58,619 bases of DNA from a virus (lineage: Duplodnaviria > Caudoviricetes), in IMG/VR virus record IMGVR_UViG_3300010370_006650, positions 1 through 58,619 of that record. One strand, given 5' to 3'. Below are positions 7,701 to 18,900 of the stretch, in pieces (position 1 is the stretch's first letter; every line of letters starts with the position of its first letter). The notes under the pieces are model-generated. The model ran no database searches. It worked only from the letters and a program-made list of their open reading frames with translations, and was not told the origin of the DNA. The position numbers were made by a program, and so were the translations under genes.

Positions 7701-10081
7701 AATCCAGGGTCGATAAGGGAATGAAGAACATTGGAGAAGGACTGTTAAAGAGCTTCCTTTATGGTCTCGAATGGTCTTTTATTGAGTTTCCAAAATTGAT
7801 AATGCAATTAGGAGTTTATTTAATCGAAGGATTTTATAAGCTAACTGGATGGTTGTTCCACAAGCTTGGAGATATATTCCACGCGCTTGAAGGAATTCCT
7901 ATCTTCGGTCCTATCTTCGGCTTGATTGGAGATTTCTTCGACAAGGCCGGCGAATTTTATGAGGGTATCGCAGGAATTTTTGGAAAGCTCCAAGAATTTT
8001 TGAAAAAAGTCGATATCGTGGAATGGTTCAAAGGCGCATACGACTGGATGAAAAAGTTTTTTACTGACGGAACAAGTTCGGGTGAAGGCTTTTTTGGTAA
8101 GCTCTTTGGATGGTTTAAGGATATCGTAGCTGTAATTGAAGAACCATACAGATTATTACGTAAAGTTTTTAACATCATATTTTCTTGGGATACGAAAAAA
8201 TCTTTCATGGAAAATATGAAGGAAAAATGGGACGCTATCGTTTCTGCTTTTAATAGTAGCGCCGATACGATTGAAAAATTGTTTGTAAAAATATTGCAGG
8301 GTCCAAAAGATGCCTGGGGTTGGATTAAAGAAAATATTAGTTGGGAAAATTTCAAAAAACTGGGGGAACACATCGTCGACGGTCTCGTAAATGGTTTGAA
8401 AGCATTAAAAGACAAGGTAGTGGATAAGTTTAAAGAGCCCATTGATGGTATAAAGACATTTTTAGGAATTAAGTCTCCTTCGACCGTTTTTGAAGACATC
8501 GGCGGTAACATAATCGATGGATTGATGAATAAATTGTCGACGTTGCGTGATAAAGCGTTACAGCCCTTTACAGACTTGAAAGAGGGAATTATAGGTTTGT
8601 TCAGGGGCGAAACTTTCTTTAAAATATTCAACGACGTAGTTGAAGGCATAAAGAGCGCACTTGGCAAGATCGCCGATTTTGGCCCTTTTAAGGCAGTTAT
8701 TGATATAGCAAAAAAAGTTTTCGAGACACGATCGCCGTCCAGGGTCTTTATGAAAATAGGCGATCAGGTCGTCGAGGGCTTCGCCATATCGATGGAAGAT
8801 TTACCCAAAGAAGCCCGCGCCCAATTCGAAAAAACGGTTGGAGAAGCGCAAGATTTCGCGAAAGATATGAAGTCAGTCGCGCCACAAGCCCAAGCTGCTG
8901 GCGTCGCGCAAGCAGCAACTCCCCAAATGGGTGCTACAACGATTCCTGTTACAGGCGTAAAAAACATGCTTGATCAAGTTGCTGCTCTCGGTGATGCCGC
9001 TACCAAGGCAGCAGAAGTCGATAAAAAGCTTGCTGACTTTAATTCGGCTCTAACGCCTATCGCTGAAGCGTTATTAGAAACGAACAATAAGTTACCTTAC
9101 GTCGTCGGACCCTTAAGGGAAATCAATACGTTGATCGTTGGTAAAGGTAAAAAAGCAAACGTAACAGAGACAACGAAGCAATTCGTAGAATTGTTGACAG
9201 CGATATCAGAGCTTGGAGATCTTGGTTCCAAATTTAAGAATGAGCGTATCGACTTAAAGATATGGAGTTTGAACGCCGTCGCGGGGAGCGAAGGCGATGG
9301 CTTACAGTGGCATCTTAGTCGTGTGCCACACCACTATGGTCCTGTAGTCGCCGCAGCTTCTTCAATACAAACACTTTTCTCTCAAACTTCTCCTGCTCAA
9401 AAAATTACTGAGGCAACAAGAGATTTTACGGCGCTCTTAAAATCTATAGACGAGCTCGGCGCAATGGGCGTTACTATGAAGAATGAAAATATAGCGAATA
9501 AAATTTGGTCATTAAATACTGCGGCAGACGACCTTGCGTATCATCTAAGTCGTATTCCACATCACTATGGCCCTATTGCAACGCATCTTAAGGGACTCTC
9601 GACATTTATTTCGACTCAATTAAGCACTGCGGAATTTACGGGTGCCTTAAACTCAATTAAGCAAACGGGCGCTGCCGTTACTTCGGGTCTTAAGACTTCA
9701 ATTGAACCGATCCTAAAAGCCATGACCGACATGGCCAACATGATAGTCGAAATAGACAATTCGGTTTCAAAAACAAAAGACATAAATCTTTCTGCTACTT
9801 TACAAAAGTTTAAGACAAGTTTTGGTATGGCAATGGGCCAAAAGGGCTCACACGTCGTTCAAGCCAAAGACGTAACGATCAACGTTAGTTTTGCGGTTAT
9901 GATCGACGCGACGAAGCTTGAAGGTGCTATATTGTCGAATAGCAACTCGAAGATCAAAGAAAAAATTAATCTTGCTATCGGCGCTATATCAGAGATACCA
10001 GCTAAGGAAGTTGGCTTAGAAAATGCCCCGGCGTTAGGACCATTTAAGCAGGCACATCAAAAAACAGCTCCATTGACGTGA
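4778..10081 (+). CDS. Tail tape measure protein
   Basis: 1767 aa, Ala/Gly-rich helical, periodic Trp/Phe region, two SPS repeats (GIKSPSTVF, ETRSPSRVF), position after chaperones. Confidence 0.85.
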   Translation: MATGGKGGGSGPSKDDLSIVSQMAAMMVQMSVSSKRIADDFENQARASAKMVENMQSVGGGEIVNQLMQVNATLKEVVAALANLNETSTATFAALSQGALNAANSTQVLTNAAKAAGDAAEKETTSLEDLVTELKKTGKNALTGREKMQAFGNYLKKEFPVAAGAALGALSGLKQGFRNIFSLAKGIVGFGFTVGKALFGIAKSIISIPFKLMSKLTDMASSGGGGVSEYAQAINNLRKEFGALNGPVTSAIQSTAASMKGFSVQGLSANQVFGNVAERMEQLIKLFVAGGPALQRFSDEFKNNGGAILGFQKGLGVSDEQMGALANRAISSGTTVTSQLLNMTKQATHLGKEFGVDFKIISKGMAKAVADVKNFGSMSQKQIGAAVTYFAKLGVEVDKVTGVMDAFNTFDEAADKVSTLNQVFGTNIDAMKILDAENPAERISLLQKEFAKAGVAGEKLTRAQRQIIASNIGVEESAIQAAFSSKNQGVSLEKITKESEKAEKKTMTQTEAMSKLADAMDRVLKSGDTGSGGFFDKFLKGFSDGITSTKEFREIMRNISKAMVVVYMEGRRLGKAFVEYFPGIKEFLGGLAEIFQPQKFRMLAGGVVDIFTQFFKDLGQPGGKASFPDLMQKLKDHFFNFFNSEEGAGQKVMGGFKKIMAAIQVILAGGVQWIMESVGRFIQDIVNFIRNPQDVPGVENAKNAAENYVSPIAMAFREGWKILGPALKDLTKLVFEKLIELAKEGLEEHKGKIALAFFGPVILRSLVGAGSAMLAKGIGQMITNAIAGPAVTGAAQAAGTTVTRTLISAVGPGVTQVVSVAETTAAPAAAGLFTRLGSKFSSLAAGFSKAVGPNVLKAFKFAGIAAVIADAAVNISEAMNNFEDKLQKEGFDPATAKIAAGTTGLINTLTFGLLPKDLQATIASGVASMSNFLESSLDKMFGPSLAENMKERLAAQFQIFGGLGDLIMGLWNGDKSRVDKGMKNIGEGLLKSFLYGLEWSFIEFPKLIMQLGVYLIEGFYKLTGWLFHKLGDIFHALEGIPIFGPIFGLIGDFFDKAGEFYEGIAGIFGKLQEFLKKVDIVEWFKGAYDWMKKFFTDGTSSGEGFFGKLFGWFKDIVAVIEEPYRLLRKVFNIIFSWDTKKSFMENMKEKWDAIVSAFNSSADTIEKLFVKILQGPKDAWGWIKENISWENFKKLGEHIVDGLVNGLKALKDKVVDKFKEPIDGIKTFLGIKSPSTVFEDIGGNIIDGLMNKLSTLRDKALQPFTDLKEGIIGLFRGETFFKIFNDVVEGIKSALGKIADFGPFKAVIDIAKKVFETRSPSRVFMKIGDQVVEGFAISMEDLPKEARAQFEKTVGEAQDFAKDMKSVAPQAQAAGVAQAATPQMGATTIPVTGVKNMLDQVAALGDAATKAAEVDKKLADFNSALTPIAEALLETNNKLPYVVGPLREINTLIVGKGKKANVTETTKQFVELLTAISELGDLGSKFKNERIDLKIWSLNAVAGSEGDGLQWHLSRVPHHYGPVVAAASSIQTLFSQTSPAQKITEATRDFTALLKSIDELGAMGVTMKNENIANKIWSLNTAADDLAYHLSRIPHHYGPIATHLKGLSTFISTQLSTAEFTGALNSIKQTGAAVTSGLKTSIEPILKAMTDMANMIVEIDNSVSKTKDINLSATLQKFKTSFGMAMGQKGSHVVQAKDVTINVSFAVMIDATKLEGAILSNSNSKIKEKINLAIGAISEIPAKEVGLENAPALGPFKQAHQKTAPLT

Positions 10082-10094
10082 AAGGAAGAGAATA

Positions 10095-10349
10095 GTGGAT
10101 AAAAAAACGAAAAAAGAATATCTTAAGATGTTACACGAAGATAAGTTTTTTAATCACGCGTTGGGTCTTTCTAACAACGAAGAAGAAAAAAGAAAAATAA
10201 GAGCCTTCGCCGAGGACGTGTTCATTAACTTGTTGCAAGGCGCGCTAACTTCGCAAAAAATTATAAAAGAACACCCAGAAAAGTTGGTTGATGTTGCCGA
10301 AGGTCGTATATCTAAAGATAAGGAACCAACGATCGTCAAAGACAAGTGA
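10095..10349 (+). CDS. Hypothetical protein
   Basis: 84-aa ORF in operon, AAGGA RBS. Confidence 0.65.
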   Translation: MDKKTKKEYLKMLHEDKFFNHALGLSNNEEEKRKIRAFAEDVFINLLQGALTSQKIIKEHPEKLVDVAEGRISKDKEPTIVKDK

Positions 10350-10360
10350 GACTTTAAGTA

Positions 10361-13300
10361 ATGGCCGATAAGAGTAAAAATACGGGAACTGGCGGTATAA
10401 ATATCGATGGTAAGGTATACACACCAGATGTTGGAGTTCCCGACGCTGCGGGTGGCGCTCAAGGCGATTATTCTTCTGGCGACATCAACGTCGACAAGAC
10501 GACCAAGGACATTTCGAAACCAACCCGTGAAACCTTCGCCAAGTATCTGAGCAAGACTACGCTGGGCACGGCAGGTTCATCACCACACAAAAACGTATAT
10601 CCGGTTGGTGCGGGCGATCAAACGAAAGTAGAAGAAATAAGGCTAAAGGATACGCAGGGCAATCCTGTGTCTCCGGGCGCTCAGAATAATGAGACAAAAT
10701 TTGCTGCAGGTTTTAATCAGACTATTTCTTCAAATAATCCTGCGGGCATCAAGAGAGGACTGACGACTGGTACGGGACAGGATGGCAATACTCTTTTGCC
10801 AAGCGCGTCTACGGCTGCCGACCCAGGCGGAAATTACGTAAAATTTGTTACATCGACGTCGGACGGAAAAGGCCTACAAGAACCAATAAAGGCGTATACG
10901 AATACCACAATCGGTCCTAACTTATACGATTACGACAGCAACAAAGTTAGTATTTCCGACGGTACGCTAAATCAATCACCATCAGGTCTCAGAGAAGACA
11001 TCAGAATAATATCCACAAATTCCAATGTAGAAACAGACGGTGGTACATCAAAGAATATTCTGGGGGCAGACAATGGTCAAGGGGACTATACATTAACCGC
11101 GACCGAAGCTCGAGCGTTGGCTGGTACGACGACAGCGAAGAACAGGTTTCCCATCGATATTACGCCTAGTGTTGTAACTCTCCGTGATGCTTCCGGAAAC
11201 CCGGTCTCTGTGACTGCGTCGCAAAACAACGTCACAAACGCTAGCTTTTTCACGAAGCTCGTGGAAGAGAAAGAAGTGGGCGGCAAGACAGTCCAGGTGA
11301 TATCCGTTCGCGAGCTGTCGTCCTACACCCCCGCGTTGACTTCGGCCGCCTCTGTCAATGCAAATAAGTTTGAAATTAAGCGCGGTAAAACGGCGGGTGG
11401 TACGATCGACGGCGATGAGTTATTGCTAACAATAGCGCCAGAAAAAAACGGCGTTGTTACTCTTACCCCCGCCGCGCAAACCTACACAGACGAGGTATTG
11501 AAACCAAATCTTAGAGATTATGCTGATTATACAGCTGCCAAGAAGACGGCCAATCTTTCTGGCGACGCACAACAACAAAATCTTTACGACCTTCAAAAGA
11601 CGACCGATCTTGCGACCGACGGTGGAACTTCAAAGAACGTTTTAGACCCCACGAAGAAAATTCCTTTTACAACTGAGGCGGAGCTCGTCAAGACGTTGAC
11701 AGCGATGAACTTCTTCCCTGTCGATTCACCGGTCATCGGACCGCTCGATGCAAAAACTCTCAATCTTTTTAAGCTTGACTCCTCTGCTGTTCTGGCTAAA
11801 ACGAAGAATGAGAAGAGCTTCGCGGATATAAAAATAGGATCGGTCGTAGTTGGATCAAAGGGTAAGCTCATTAACAACAATTTACCTGATGGCAACACAC
11901 TGTTGTTGACAGCTGTAAGTCCAGCTGCAACTTCCGGCGGCCCATATGTAAAGTTCGTTGCGATTGATGTCAACAAACAAAGACAAAATCTGCTGGGCTT
12001 ACAAAATCCGATCAGAAATTATACGGTCGATACCCTAAGTAAAAATCTATACAAGCCAACAGACTCTGACAATAAAGCGATCGTCGATCAACAAGGAAGT
12101 ACAGGGCCAGACTTCTTTGGTCCAAAGCAGCTCCATAAACCTGTATCCGGCCCTGCAGATGCAGGCACGTTTGATAACATTCAAAGTGATCCTTCGAAGC
12201 GCGCGGTAACGAAGGAGATTTTGTTCAATCGTTCTGTCTCCGAAGTAAAGGGTGAAAATGCGCCGGGCGGTGTAGGAAACGTTTATAAGCCTGCGCCTGT
12301 ATTACCCAATGAGCTTTTTAATTTTACAGTAGATGGTTATCCTCGTTCTGTGACAGTCGATCAGAATGTTGTTGTCAGCGATGATCAGTACGTGTTACCT
12401 GTCGCAGATCAAGTTCAACTTCAGTCATCATATACAGAATTTGCTACACAAGATAATCTGCAAATTAAACGTGGAAAATCGCCTGTTGATGCGCCTGATG
12501 GAAATACACTACTTAAAGATGCCGCACCACCTGCCAAAACTGGTGGTCCATACGTAAAACCTGCAACAAGCGTAAGTCCGCCTATCAACACATACGTTTC
12601 TAAGGTTTTACAAAAAAATAGATACAATCCGATTGGAAGAAGTCAGTTCGTTCCATCAGATACACCTGGCGCTGAAGGAAAAACGCAAGACGGCATCGAT
12701 CCTTCGCCAGGTGGACAACGATTCGAGAATATATCCGATAAGGGTGCTCCGGAAGCATCGTTCGTCGGCCGTACAACGCTCTACGCGCCGTCTCAATTAA
12801 AGTTTGGTGAATCGCCGCAGAGCATGAATAATCGTGCTGCTGATGGTAAGAAAGTAGAAGGTTTTACATTTAGACGTTTAACTCGAATTGGTACGATATT
12901 GCAATTGCGAGCCGCGGGCGAAATAATATCGATTACGGGAGATCAAAATGATGACCCGCGCAGCAATGTCGAACAACTAGCAGCTGCGCTCGTTCCAGGA
13001 GCGGGGCAAGCCGGCGCAGGTGTGCCGCTCTCGCGCGAATTATTGAACGTCACAGAGATTATAAAGAACTTACCCGATGAATCTACTGGCGCTGCCGGCG
13101 TCAATACAATAGCTCAGTACGAAGGCGAGTTAATCGATATTAATAGAAACTTTGAAGGCGTCGTCAACACTACTTTGGAAAAATTTTCTGGATTTAGTTC
13201 GCTAGGTTTATTGATTTTGGCGATAGTGCTGGTTGCAGTTGTAATTCTCGTGTTTTGGGGATTGGCTGCGCTTCTTGGAAATTCAGATTCTTTGAATAGA

Positions 13301-15655
13301 GTAAAAAAACTTACCGCAGGCAAATCTTTTTCTAATTCTCAACAAATTTCAGGACTAGGTACGTTTATGGGTCGAGCCGTCGGCGGCGGCACGAATATCG
13401 TAGCCGACATTGTTCAAGCGACTTATGACGGTTCTGCGGCGACTGCTTTATTCGGTATTAAACCTACGTTTAACAGAGATTATTCCGATGCTGTTTATAG
13501 AGGCGCGCTCGCCTTTTTCGGTCTTGGTTCCGGCAACGCAGCCTCAGGTTCACCGAATCCGCCACCATTGTTGTCGTATCCGGGTCAAGTTGTCGTCACC
13601 TCACGCGCTATCGTTAGAGGCGTAGCTCAACTTACCACCGCGTTTATCGATTTGGGCTCGGCGTTTGCATCAGGCAACATATTCGAAGGTATATTTAAGT
13701 TAATCGACATCATAGAAGTTATAAGAAATTCGCGAGTTATAAAGGCCTTAAATACATTTTCACAACTTGGAGATAGAAAGCCCTATACTGTAACTAACGA
13801 TGTTGAGTATATAAAGATACAGTCAAAGCCCGACGCCCCCGTAGAACAAAATAGCGGCGCTCCTACAAGCCCAAGCGATTCTGTCACGACAGGCATTTTT
13901 GGTGGCACAGAGCTGTATCAAATCGCAGATGAACAAAAACTAAACGCTAGCGTAAAAATATCCGAAATTGACTCTATAGACAACAAGAATGTAAAACACC
14001 AAATTTGGCAAAGTCGTGTAATTCCCTCGCCCACGCCCACCTCGCCGCCGAAGAGTATTCGTTTCTTTTATGAAGAATACGTCGGTGTTTCTCAAGTAAA
14101 AAATAGATTGCAGAATTCGAGAGCCCTTGCGTGGTCTTCATATAGGTCGCCATCTTTTTTGATTAACGTGTCTTCGATAAAAGATAGCAGCCTCGATGGA
14201 CAACCGAAATATGATCATATGCGAAATACAAGTAATAATACGCAACAAGTTTATGCGTCAGGTCCAAGATTAGACCAACGAATAGTTGCTGATTATGAAA
14301 AAGCTATTGATGGCGAATATATGCCTTTCTATTTTCACGATTTAAGGACGAACGAGATTATAGGTTTTCATGCCTTTTTGACAAGTCTTAGTGACGATTA
14401 TTCTGCAAACTATGAATCGATAACAGGCGTCGGCCGCGCCGAACCAGTAAGAATATACAAAGACACTCAAAGAAAAATCGGTATAAGCTTCATGGTCGCT
14501 GCCTTAGATAAAGAAGACTTTGATTACATGTGGGAAAAAATAAATCGATTGACGATGCTTGTGTATCCACAATATACGCGCGGAAAAACCTACGCTGACG
14601 AAAATGGTGTTAAATTTGAAAAACCATTTACACAAATGGTCGCTGCAGGTCCCATGGTTAGATTAAGACTCGGCAACCTATTAAGATCCAACTATTCGAA
14701 ATTCAATCTCGCAAGAATTTTTGGGTTGGATGACCCCAGCTCTAACGTTTTTGTTACTCAAGAACAAAGAACGAAAAAAGCAGATGAGATTAAAAAAGCC
14801 CGTGAAGCTGCACAAAAGGCACAAGCAACAAAAGACGCAGAACAAGAATTTGAAACCAATCTTCAAAATCTCTACAAAAAAGACTATACGTACTCGCCGA
14901 AGATTGCAGCTGTTTATAAGACAAAACTAGACGCTGATACAGCAAAAAGACTCGATATTAATGATCAGAATGTCATAGCCCCTCCCAAACCACCAAAATC
15001 TACAAACCAGCCAAATTCAAAACGTTGGGTAAAGGACGGTGAATGGTATAGGACATTCGACGGCGACGCGAACGGCTTCTTGAGATTCAAGATAGACCAG
15101 GTTTTACCAGCGGGATCTAATAGGTCACCAGAGTATGCTTATGGTACGTTCGAGGCGGCGTCGGGTGCCACCGCCGAAGAAAAAAAACAACTAGAGCCTA
15201 ATCCGACAAGTACTAAATATTGGGTTCCGATAAGCGATTTAAAGCTCGCCGGCGAGTCGCTAGGTAAATATGCAACTGAAAAAATTGCGTTTGTTAATGG
15301 AAAAGTTAGCGGTTCAAATAATACTTCGGCTGCAGCTACGCCGAACGCGCCGCCCACCGCGATAACATCTATAAAAGACTTTATGAATGCCAACAACAAC
15401 GTTATCGTAAGATCTTTCGAATCAACAGGTGGTAAAGGTCTTGCAGGTTTTATCGATTCGATCGCTTTTGACTGGTATGATAGAACGACGTGGGATATAG
15501 ATGCTGATCGCAAAGCGCCAAAAATGTGCAAGGTTACGATATCGTTCACGCCAGTTCACGACATAGCGCCAGGTCTTACTGCGAATGGTGAAAATCGCGC
15601 GCCGATTTACCCATTAGGTCCTTATGCTTTTGGCACTCGTGGTCTTAAGATTTGA
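10361..15655 (+). CDS. Large virion protein: N-terminal repeats, central hydrophobic helix, C-terminal baseplate/tube-initiator-like domain
   Basis: C-terminal PFYFHDLRTNEIIGFHAFLTSLSDDY..GRAEPVRIYKDTQRKIGISF..GPMVRLRLGNL..PKMCKVTISFTPVHD; precedes LysM gene. Confidence 0.65.
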   Translation: MADKSKNTGTGGINIDGKVYTPDVGVPDAAGGAQGDYSSGDINVDKTTKDISKPTRETFAKYLSKTTLGTAGSSPHKNVYPVGAGDQTKVEEIRLKDTQGNPVSPGAQNNETKFAAGFNQTISSNNPAGIKRGLTTGTGQDGNTLLPSASTAADPGGNYVKFVTSTSDGKGLQEPIKAYTNTTIGPNLYDYDSNKVSISDGTLNQSPSGLREDIRIISTNSNVETDGGTSKNILGADNGQGDYTLTATEARALAGTTTAKNRFPIDITPSVVTLRDASGNPVSVTASQNNVTNASFFTKLVEEKEVGGKTVQVISVRELSSYTPALTSAASVNANKFEIKRGKTAGGTIDGDELLLTIAPEKNGVVTLTPAAQTYTDEVLKPNLRDYADYTAAKKTANLSGDAQQQNLYDLQKTTDLATDGGTSKNVLDPTKKIPFTTEAELVKTLTAMNFFPVDSPVIGPLDAKTLNLFKLDSSAVLAKTKNEKSFADIKIGSVVVGSKGKLINNNLPDGNTLLLTAVSPAATSGGPYVKFVAIDVNKQRQNLLGLQNPIRNYTVDTLSKNLYKPTDSDNKAIVDQQGSTGPDFFGPKQLHKPVSGPADAGTFDNIQSDPSKRAVTKEILFNRSVSEVKGENAPGGVGNVYKPAPVLPNELFNFTVDGYPRSVTVDQNVVVSDDQYVLPVADQVQLQSSYTEFATQDNLQIKRGKSPVDAPDGNTLLKDAAPPAKTGGPYVKPATSVSPPINTYVSKVLQKNRYNPIGRSQFVPSDTPGAEGKTQDGIDPSPGGQRFENISDKGAPEASFVGRTTLYAPSQLKFGESPQSMNNRAADGKKVEGFTFRRLTRIGTILQLRAAGEIISITGDQNDDPRSNVEQLAAALVPGAGQAGAGVPLSRELLNVTEIIKNLPDESTGAAGVNTIAQYEGELIDINRNFEGVVNTTLEKFSGFSSLGLLILAIVLVAVVILVFWGLAALLGNSDSLNRVKKLTAGKSFSNSQQISGLGTFMGRAVGGGTNIVADIVQATYDGSAATALFGIKPTFNRDYSDAVYRGALAFFGLGSGNAASGSPNPPPLLSYPGQVVVTSRAIVRGVAQLTTAFIDLGSAFASGNIFEGIFKLIDIIEVIRNSRVIKALNTFSQLGDRKPYTVTNDVEYIKIQSKPDAPVEQNSGAPTSPSDSVTTGIFGGTELYQIADEQKLNASVKISEIDSIDNKNVKHQIWQSRVIPSPTPTSPPKSIRFFYEEYVGVSQVKNRLQNSRALAWSSYRSPSFLINVSSIKDSSLDGQPKYDHMRNTSNNTQQVYASGPRLDQRIVADYEKAIDGEYMPFYFHDLRTNEIIGFHAFLTSLSDDYSANYESITGVGRAEPVRIYKDTQRKIGISFMVAALDKEDFDYMWEKINRLTMLVYPQYTRGKTYADENGVKFEKPFTQMVAAGPMVRLRLGNLLRSNYSKFNLARIFGLDDPSSNVFVTQEQRTKKADEIKKAREAAQKAQATKDAEQEFETNLQNLYKKDYTYSPKIAAVYKTKLDADTAKRLDINDQNVIAPPKPPKSTNQPNSKRWVKDGEWYRTFDGDANGFLRFKIDQVLPAGSNRSPEYAYGTFEAASGATAEEKKQLEPNPTSTKYWVPISDLKLAGESLGKYATEKIAFVNGKVSGSNNTSAAATPNAPPTAITSIKDFMNANNNVIVRSFESTGGKGLAGFIDSIAFDWYDRTTWDIDADRKAPKMCKVTISFTPVHDIAPGLTANGENRAPIYPLGPYAFGTRGLKI

Positions 15656-15678
15656 GGACTAATTAAAAGGAAAAAGTT

Positions 15679-15975
15679 ATGGCTTTTAGTCGATATCAAA
15701 GAGATGACACTAGTTCAAATGGAAAGGGTCTCACCGTCGCGCAAGCTACGATCGTGCTTCGACAAGCAATTCGTAATGGATTTATTTTTCCTATAAAGAC
15801 AATAACGGTGACGCAAAGTGACAGGCTGGATACTTTGTCGGGTGAGTTATATGGCGATTCTCGCTATTGGTGGGTATTAGCGGCGGCGTCCAATATCGGG
15901 TGGGGTTTACAAGTTCCGCCAGGAACTATAATTAGTGTATTGGACCTGAATGTAGTTGAAAGGTTGGTCGGTTGA
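15679..15975 (+). CDS. LysM-like baseplate wedge protein (gp53/gpX-like)
   Basis: DRLDTLSGELYGDSRYWWVLAAASNI..VPPGTII. Confidence 0.85.
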   Translation: MAFSRYQRDDTSSNGKGLTVAQATIVLRQAIRNGFIFPIKTITVTQSDRLDTLSGELYGDSRYWWVLAAASNIGWGLQVPPGTIISVLDLNVVERLVG

Positions 15976-18900
15976 TGCCTGATTTTTCAAAAAACTTATT
16001 TGATTTTTATCGTTTTTTGTCGCCGACCGACAGCATTGGAAAATTCGTGATAGATTCGAGAGTGGGTAATAAAAACGAAAAAGAAAGTAAGCCGATACCG
16101 CAAATAGCAGCAGATAAAATCAGACAAACTATTATCGAAAATTTTACGCCTGGTCTTACTGGTACGGGCACGGGACTCGTGAATATTAAAGATTTAATTG
16201 GTAAGCCTAAACCAAACGAGTCAGTAGGTGAAACACAAGAACAAATAATTCAAGCCATTAGAGGAAATTATAACGTAGTATATCAAGCGGCCGGCGCGCA
16301 GAAATCTGACATATTATACGCGGGTTATTTTGCGGACTATCCTAAACCAAACGCCCAAGCTAAAGAACAGCCTAAAACGAGTCCTGCGAAACCACCTGCT
16401 AGAACCGCGACAGGTAAACCCGCGAACCCGCCACCATCACCTCCCTCCGCGGATCCGCCGCCTCCGCCGAACGATAAACAGATAGAAAGAAACTATTGGG
16501 GAAATGTTTGCGATGAAGGTTCAGATAGTGGACCACCGATCGATTTTTCTGTCGTCTTTATGCGCGCTCCGATGTTGTCCAAAGCAGTGTGTAATACGGA
16601 TTTGATTCAATTGTATTTGACGGCTATGCCACCAATTTTTGCGAATCAATTAATGCCATATTGCGACGTCGAATTTCAGATACCCACGTTGTCTAAGCCT
16701 GACGAGGGTCCGATCAGAGTTAATAGACCATCGTTGTATAGATTTTTAATGGGGTCAGGCAGAGATATTTCTAACTTAACAGAAGCTGACAAGTCTATAG
16801 CGTCTATTTTACCAGCGAACGCTAAAAAGAAGAATATACCTGATAACAACAAGCAACAAACTTTTTTTGGTATGGAAATGTTTACTACGCCACAAACGCT
16901 TGTAAACATGGATACGCTTACTGTTAAAGGTGCCGAAAGGTTAGGTCAAACGAGAATTAATGACGCAAAGCCTTTTTTACCCCCGGCAACGCTCAAAGAC
17001 GTCGCGATTACAATACAAAATGCTGGAGCTAAAAACTACGGAAAGAGAACGGCATCCTTAAAACTACACGTTCACGATAGAAAACGTTTAGCTGAAATGG
17101 GGGAATTTCTCCGAGGTTCAGACGGATACAATAAAGCGCTTGTATGGATTACGTACGGCATGTTGGCTCCTCGCAATAGGGGCGAGTTTGATTCATACGC
17201 TAAATTTATAAACGAGAACATGCTTGTTCGTGATGCTTTTGTGATAACAAACACGCAATTTACTTTTACACAAGACGGTGGATGCGAAATTACGCTAACG
17301 CTAGCTGTTAAAGGTGGAGGTAGGGTAGAAACAACTCCGATTACTTTTGGTCCCGTTCAGGCAAAAAAGAAGGCACTAGAAAATATCATAACAAAAATAA
17401 GAGAAAACGCCGCGGCGTTCGGCGGCCAGCGTGATGAGAAATTAGGATTTACGCAGTCCGAGATAAGGATGGCGCAATTTATTTCATCGGCCGCCGAAGG
17501 TAACATTCCTACGTCGGAAGAAGAAAAGAAGAACTTTAACGACGCCGTTAAAAACATTAACGAGCAATTAAAAATCCAGTTAGGTCGCGGCCCCGATTTT
17601 AATTTGCAGATCGCTTTAGAGCTAGTAAAAGATTTACAAGACGCTATTAACAAAAAATCGAGTATCGGAAATGATGCTGCTCAATATGTTAGCTCAAAAG
17701 TGCTGGGCCTTGATGAAAAAAAAGACCCTTTTTTACCCGATGCAAGAAAAAACGATTCAGTCTTTCATTCAACGCTTCCATTGCAACCGCCTTTAAAAGA
17801 TTGGGTCGCTGAAGCAATAAAACGTGGACCATTAAAGTATTACGATGAGGCACTTTGTAAGACGCTACCGAGCGACCGAAGTAACTGCGTAAGTTTCGGA
17901 CGTGTTTTTAGCGCGTTGTGCATGCCTGCAATATTAAGAGGCATCGCAGAAGAGTTTAATTGGTCAGGGTTGCCTGACCTGAAAGAAGCCGGCAGTTGTC
18001 CATATGAAATTCAATTTATTTTTTATCAACTCAATAACCACTGTGGTCCTGCGAGTAGTCACAATATCGCAGAATTTCCTATGAGCATACCACTGTTCGT
18101 AGATGGATTCAAAAGACTGATAGAGTCGACGATCGGAGGCGACGCGATAGCATTAACACAAATGTTTTCTTTTATAAACGAACAACTTCAAGATCCGCGA
18201 CAACCAGGGTATGACAGAAGTTCTTTTTATAAAAGTTTTGACCCCAACGCGAAAGAACAACAAAAGCTAGAACCTAAGGAAGACGAGAATAAATACGCAG
18301 GACAGTTGAGGGATTGGGGGAACAAATACGGTGGCGACTTCGTAACGCCCGACTTAACTTTTGAAATGGAAGTTGGAGTAGGATCAAAAACAGGTGCGCC
18401 AGGCAGAAACGAAACGGCCCGCGATTTATTGACAAGTTTAACTAGTCGCGTAGGCGCAGGCTATACGGAACCAGTTTATCCAGAAGGCGACGTTGGTAAT
18501 AAAAAAACTATTATAAAATTTCACATATTCGATAGAACATGTAGCCCGTTAGACAAGGTAACAAGAGCTCTTCGATTGTCGTCTGACGGAACTTATTATT
18601 TAGTCTCTTCTGACTATGCGGGAGACACGAAGTTTTTAACGCACCTAGAAAATAGAAGCGGAGAGTTGCCTGAAGGGATTACAAAAGTAAACGAACAGTA
18701 CGTGTTTGGAGATCAAACGATTGCAGTCAATATTGGTCAAGGCAAAGAGGCTTTGATGGAATGGCTCGGACAGTTCGTGCCTCGAATCGTCGTCGGAACG
18801 GAAGGATCTTTGATTAGTCAAATATCGATACAGTCGAAGACTAGCGGGCTAGAAGGTCTTATCGCCATACAAGGAGGCGTTCAAAAAAGAACATCTGCGT

